Positions 60,077 through 64,000 of a DNA stretch of 64,000 bases are shown here, in pieces. Below the pieces are notes generated by a model. The model did no database searches. It was not told the origin of the DNA and saw only the letters and a list, made by a program, of their open reading frames with translations. Source of the DNA: an uncultured virus (IMG/VR IMGVR_UViG_2061766007_001878) (Duplodnaviria; Heunggongvirae; Uroviricota; Caudoviricetes); the IMG/VR virus record IMGVR_UViG_2061766007_001878. One strand, written 5' to 3'. The first letter of the stretch is position 1. Each line of letters starts with the position of its first letter. Made by a program: the position numbers and the translations under genes.

Positions 60077-60913
60077 TTATTGCCAGTCAACACAACTTGG
60101 GCAGTCTATCAGCATTTCTTTGTAGTCGTTGAGCGGGTCGCGGAACGAGTACATCAGTTTCGTGATGACACCATTTTCAACCGTCACATACTTCACGCAG
60201 AGCAGGGATTTCTCTTCGCCTTTGGCTTTGTGCTGGATGAGCCTTGTCACAAAGTGTTCGAGCGTCGTCGTGTAGTATTCGCCCGTGTCTTCGAATTTGT
60301 TGGAGTATCCGTCGTAGGTCAACAGCTTCATGGCGATGGAGAGTTGGTACGCGAAGTCCTGATTGCCAGCGAGGTCTTCGTACTTGCAGTTGCCGTCGCA
60401 CTGGAACACGGCTTCCGCGCCTTCTTCCTTTTCCTTCTTCTCGATAAGCTCCTTCGCCTTGGCGACCGCCTTTTTGACGGCTTCGGCGATTTGCTCCATA
60501 GCGGACTTGGACTTTTCTTCGCTGATGAGCGGGGCGGTCGTCACGACATCCTTTTCTTTGGATTCGTAGTATTTGACCAAGGAATCATAGTATGCCTTGG
60601 CGACTTCTGGATTTTCCTTTGCGAATTCGACCGCATAGCCAGTGACTTGCGGTGGAAGGGAGTATTCGACACTGCGAATACCTTTGTAAGTGTTGCTGGA
60701 CGGGTCGTAGGTGAAGCCGTTGGTGGAGTCCAGTTCGGCTTTGAAATGAACGCCGTCCTTCGTCACGAACGTGCCGAAAAGACCTTCGCCGTAGGCGNNN
60801 NNNNNNNNNNNNNNNNNNNNNNNNNNNNNNNNNNNNNNNNNNNNNNNNNNNNNNNNNNNNNNNNGAACAAGAACGCTTACGATTGCCATTGCGATGATGA
60901 TTGTTTTCTTCAT
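60077..60913 (-). CDS. Secreted or lipoprotein-like protein with a signal peptide
   Basis: MKKTIIIAMAIVSVLV after an AAGGAG RBS; the possible lipobox falls in the N-gap; C-terminal CPSC. Confidence 0.7.
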   Translation of the reverse strand: MKKTIIIAMAIVSVLVXXXXXXXXXXXXXXXXXXXXXXXAYGEGLFGTFVTKDGVHFKAELDSTNGFTYDPSSNTYKGIRSVEYSLPPQVTGYAVEFAKENPEVAKAYYDSLVKYYESKEKDVVTTAPLISEEKSKSAMEQIAEAVKKAVAKAKELIEKKEKEEGAEAVFQCDGNCKYEDLAGNQDFAYQLSIAMKLLTYDGYSNKFEDTGEYYTTTLEHFVTRLIQHKAKGEEKSLLCVKYVTVENGVITKLMYSFRDPLNDYKEMLIDCPSCVDWQ

Positions 60914-61113
60914 TGTTGTTGTTCTCCTTTTGCTTTTTCGAGAATGAAATCGCATTCTACTTTTAATTGATTGCTTGCTTAAAAAATCATGTCTGTCATT
61001 ATTATACCATTTATAATTAAAAAATCTTCTTTTGATTTGCATTTTCTTAAAAATGGGGTATATTAATATGGTATCGTAGTTTCAAAGGCAAATCTTTACA
61101 AAGGAGAAAAAAG

Positions 61114-61462
61114 ATGAAGAACATGTTCGAATACCCTTGGATTATCGGAGACCCGTGGGGCGACGGTCATGGGAAGATTGACTTCCAGAACCTCATTATC
61201 ACGACTGAAATGGAGATGTGCGACTGCATCGACTATCTCAAGCACAAGTTCGAGAAAGACTGTGAAAGGCAGTTCGGTCTTCATGTGGACAAGTGGTTTG
61301 TCGATTATCAGGAAACCGCTTTCCCGAAGGAAGACTATGACAAGCTCGTGGAGATGAAGGTCATTGACGACACCGTGTATGACTGTGACGAGACGTTTGT
61401 CACGAGCGAAGCGTTCGCGGAGATATGGAGACGGCTCGTCCAGTTGACCAACCCCGCCATCA
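61114..61462 (+). CDS. Hypothetical protein, truncated by an N-gap
   Basis: AAGGAG RBS; GDPWGDGHG motif; sigma70-like promoter near 61037-61066. Confidence 0.7.
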
Positions 61463-61793
61463 NNNNNNNNNNNNNNNNNNNNNNNNNNNNNNNNNNNNNN
61501 NNNNNNNNNNNNNNNNNNNNNNNNNNNNNNNNNNNNNNNNNNNNNNNNNNNNNNNNNNNNNNNNNNNNNNNNNNNNNNNNNNNNNNNNNNNNNNNNNNNN
61601 NNNNNNNNNNNNNNNNNNNNNNNNNNNNNNNNNNNNNNNNNNNNNNNNNNNNNNNNNNNNNNNNNNNNNNNNNNNNNNNNNNNNNNNNNNNNNNNNNNNN
61701 NNNNNNNNNNNNNNNNNNNNNNNNNNNNNNNNNNNNNNNNNNNNNNNNNNNNNNNNNNNNNNNNNNNNNNNNNNNNNNNNNNNNNNNNNNNNN

Positions 61794-64000
61794 ATGGCGA
61801 CCGTGGTGGACTGGGAGTTCGGGGACTGCATCATAAAGGGCGGGTATTCCGACCGTTGCCCGTATCGGGTGGAGCACTGGATGAGCATGCTGTACAAGGG
61901 GGGCGGNNNNNNNNNNNNNNNNNNNNNNNNNNNNNNNNNNNNNNNNNNNNNNNNNNNNNNNNNNNNNNNNNNNNNNNNNNNNNNNNNNNNNNNNNNNNNN
62001 NNNNNNNNNNNNNNNNNNNTTGTTCCTTTGCTCGGCACTAAAAACATGCAATACATCATCACGAAGGAAGGCGACGAGTTCAAATGCGTGTACAGCAGGG
62101 GTTTGATTCCGCCTTTCGGGGGCAATTCNNNNNNNNNNNNNNNNNNNNNNNNNNNNNNNNNNNNNNNNNNNNNNNNNNNNNNNNNNNNNNNNNNNNNNNN
62201 NNNNNNNNNNNNNNNNNNNNNNNNCGTATGCAGGAATTGCAAATTCGACAAATGCCTGATGGTCATGTTCGACCATTTCAAGGATGACGGGAGCAAGCCA
62301 GCCGTCATCAACTCTTTGGACAATCCGTTTGTCAAGACGCACGGTTATGATGATGTGGCTGAAGTGTCCATGAAATTGAAGGACTTAACGGAGTACATCT
62401 TCGAGAAGGACGGGAGGGAATTCGTCTGCAAGTACCACAAGTCTCCGAATTTCACGTATGATGAATCCATGTATGAAATCTATCTGCCAGAAGGTGATGA
62501 GAACAAGAGCGCATGCCCCTACTATGCCGAGCATCTGCTGAGTTTTCTGAATAGGGGGGCGAAATGAACGAGGAAGTTTGTCGTAACTGCCATGTGCCGT
62601 TTTGCAAGATGCTCTTCGACCTTTACATCTGGTTTGACGAGTCTTCCGAAACGCTGGAAAACGGGGTGACAATACTTAAATGTACGAGGAGGAAGGAGAT
62701 AAGACATGTGCCTTTGATGATTTTCACCGACAGAAGGAAGTGGCTCCAGTTGCCGAAGAGATATTCATACTGCGCCCATACCATCATTCGGAAATCGAAT
62801 GACAAGCTGTTGTTCGAGAAGAATGCATGGGTTGGGGATGTGGACAATTCATCGCGTGAGTTGTGCAGGAGATTTGATTTCGGCAAGTACATGCTCGACA
62901 AGGAGAACGGGGTGAAGTGCCCTTGCTACGCGGAGCATCTGGTCTATGACTTGAACAAGGAGGGTGAAAATGAATCTTGATGTATGCAACAAATGCCATG
63001 TCCANNNNNNNNNNATGAGTTATGCAGGAGATTTGATTTCGGCAAGTACATGCTCGACAGCGAGAACGGAATGAAGTGCCCGTGCTACGCGGAGCATCTG
63101 GTTTACGATTTGAACAAAGGGGACGGAAATGAATCTTGAGGTTTGCAACAAATGTCATGTCCAGTTCTGCAAGATACTCTTTGATGTGCACGTTGATTTC
63201 GAGGAATACACGATTATGCAGGGCGGAGTCCCTGTGACACGTCAATATACAGTTGACAAGGAATGGAAGTTCATTCCTCTTAAAATCATAACGGACGAGA
63301 AGAAATGGAGTGTGTTCTGGTCAAATTGCGCCAAAGTCGTTTTCTCGAAGGACGGTAGTTCCCTTGTGTGCAGGAAGAACAAGTACGGGTACAGGCAGGT
63401 CACGACGAACGGCATCACCCGATTCGTCCCGAACGGGTTCGACTTTGCGGAGAGAAATATGACCGAAGAGAACAAGAATGAATGCCCTTACTACATGGAG
63501 CATAAGATGACGGAATGGAACAAGGAATAGAAAGGGATGTCGAGATATGCAAGAGGTGCGAGGAATTCATCATTTTCAAAGGGGAGCATGGAGTGGAATG
63601 CTCATGCAAGGTGGAAAATGCGGAGCGTGTCGCTTTCTGCCAATGTTATCTCTTTCAAGCCAAGTGGTTCAAGGTTCCGAAGTCATGCCCGTTCTATGTG
63701 GAGCATAAGATGAGCGTATGGAACAAGGAAAACGGGAAATGAGAATTTGCAAAGAGATATGCAAGGACTGCGACATGGAGTGCTGGTTCTTCATGAACGC
63801 TGACAATCGTGCGTTCTACCTGCTTTGCACGCAGAAGCCATTCCTTTCGAAGTGGCCTGCCTTCCTTGAGGACAGCTTTTACACATGCTTCCGAATTTCG
63901 ACGCACTACATCAGGCATATCGGAAAGGAGTACAGGACGAAAGACAGCGAACGGTACGGATACGGGCATGGCTTCACGAGAGACAAGCCTTGGCGGGACG
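61794..64000 (+). repeat. Tandem array of about seven Cys-rich paralogous genes (CxxC...CPxYxEH)
   Basis: Members: fragment 61794-61906, about 62225..62567, 62564..62980, 62970..63139 (gapped), 63129..63530, 63515..63742 and 63739..>64000. Confidence 0.8.

Noticed and set aside
1..64000. Stop-codon reassignment as seen in some large phages
   Set aside because: Genes are long and tightly packed under the standard code, and TAA, TGA and TAG all end genes.
1..64000. tRNA or rRNA genes
   Set aside because: None recognised by eye in the short intergenic regions; tRNAscan-SE or Infernal would be needed to exclude them.

Overview
This window is a 64-kb fragment of a large (probably jumbo) tailed dsDNA phage, from a gapped, probably metagenomic scaffold with 13 N-runs and some duplicated or misplaced sequence. 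Replication and recombination genes: ParC-type topoisomerase A subunit, PIN-PhoH, Dda/RecD-like helicase, gp32-like SSB, RecA. Virion genes: prohead protease, head-tail adaptor, three tail-tube-like paralogs, three chaperone-like paralogs and a tape measure gene of about 2,900 codons. Anti-restriction genes: ArdA, an orphan M.HindIII-like methyltransferase and a possible SAM-lyase-like protein. Several tandem paralog families are also present. Two systems stand out. (1) About 17 mostly unrelated proteins share a short basic amphipathic N-terminal leader (consensus MNKNxKIAKELVxLAKxLVA), and many lie behind a shared YTTAT-N7-9-GTATAAT promoter-like motif; this suggests a capsid-targeting and protease-processing system that packages a cargo set including ArdA, a metallopeptidase and Trp-repeat proteins. 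(2) recA is fractured by an atypically split intein with a 13-residue N-fragment, and a hairpin-silenced GIY-YIG endonuclease gene lies between the halves. All family calls come from motif recognition by eye; no database searches were run.
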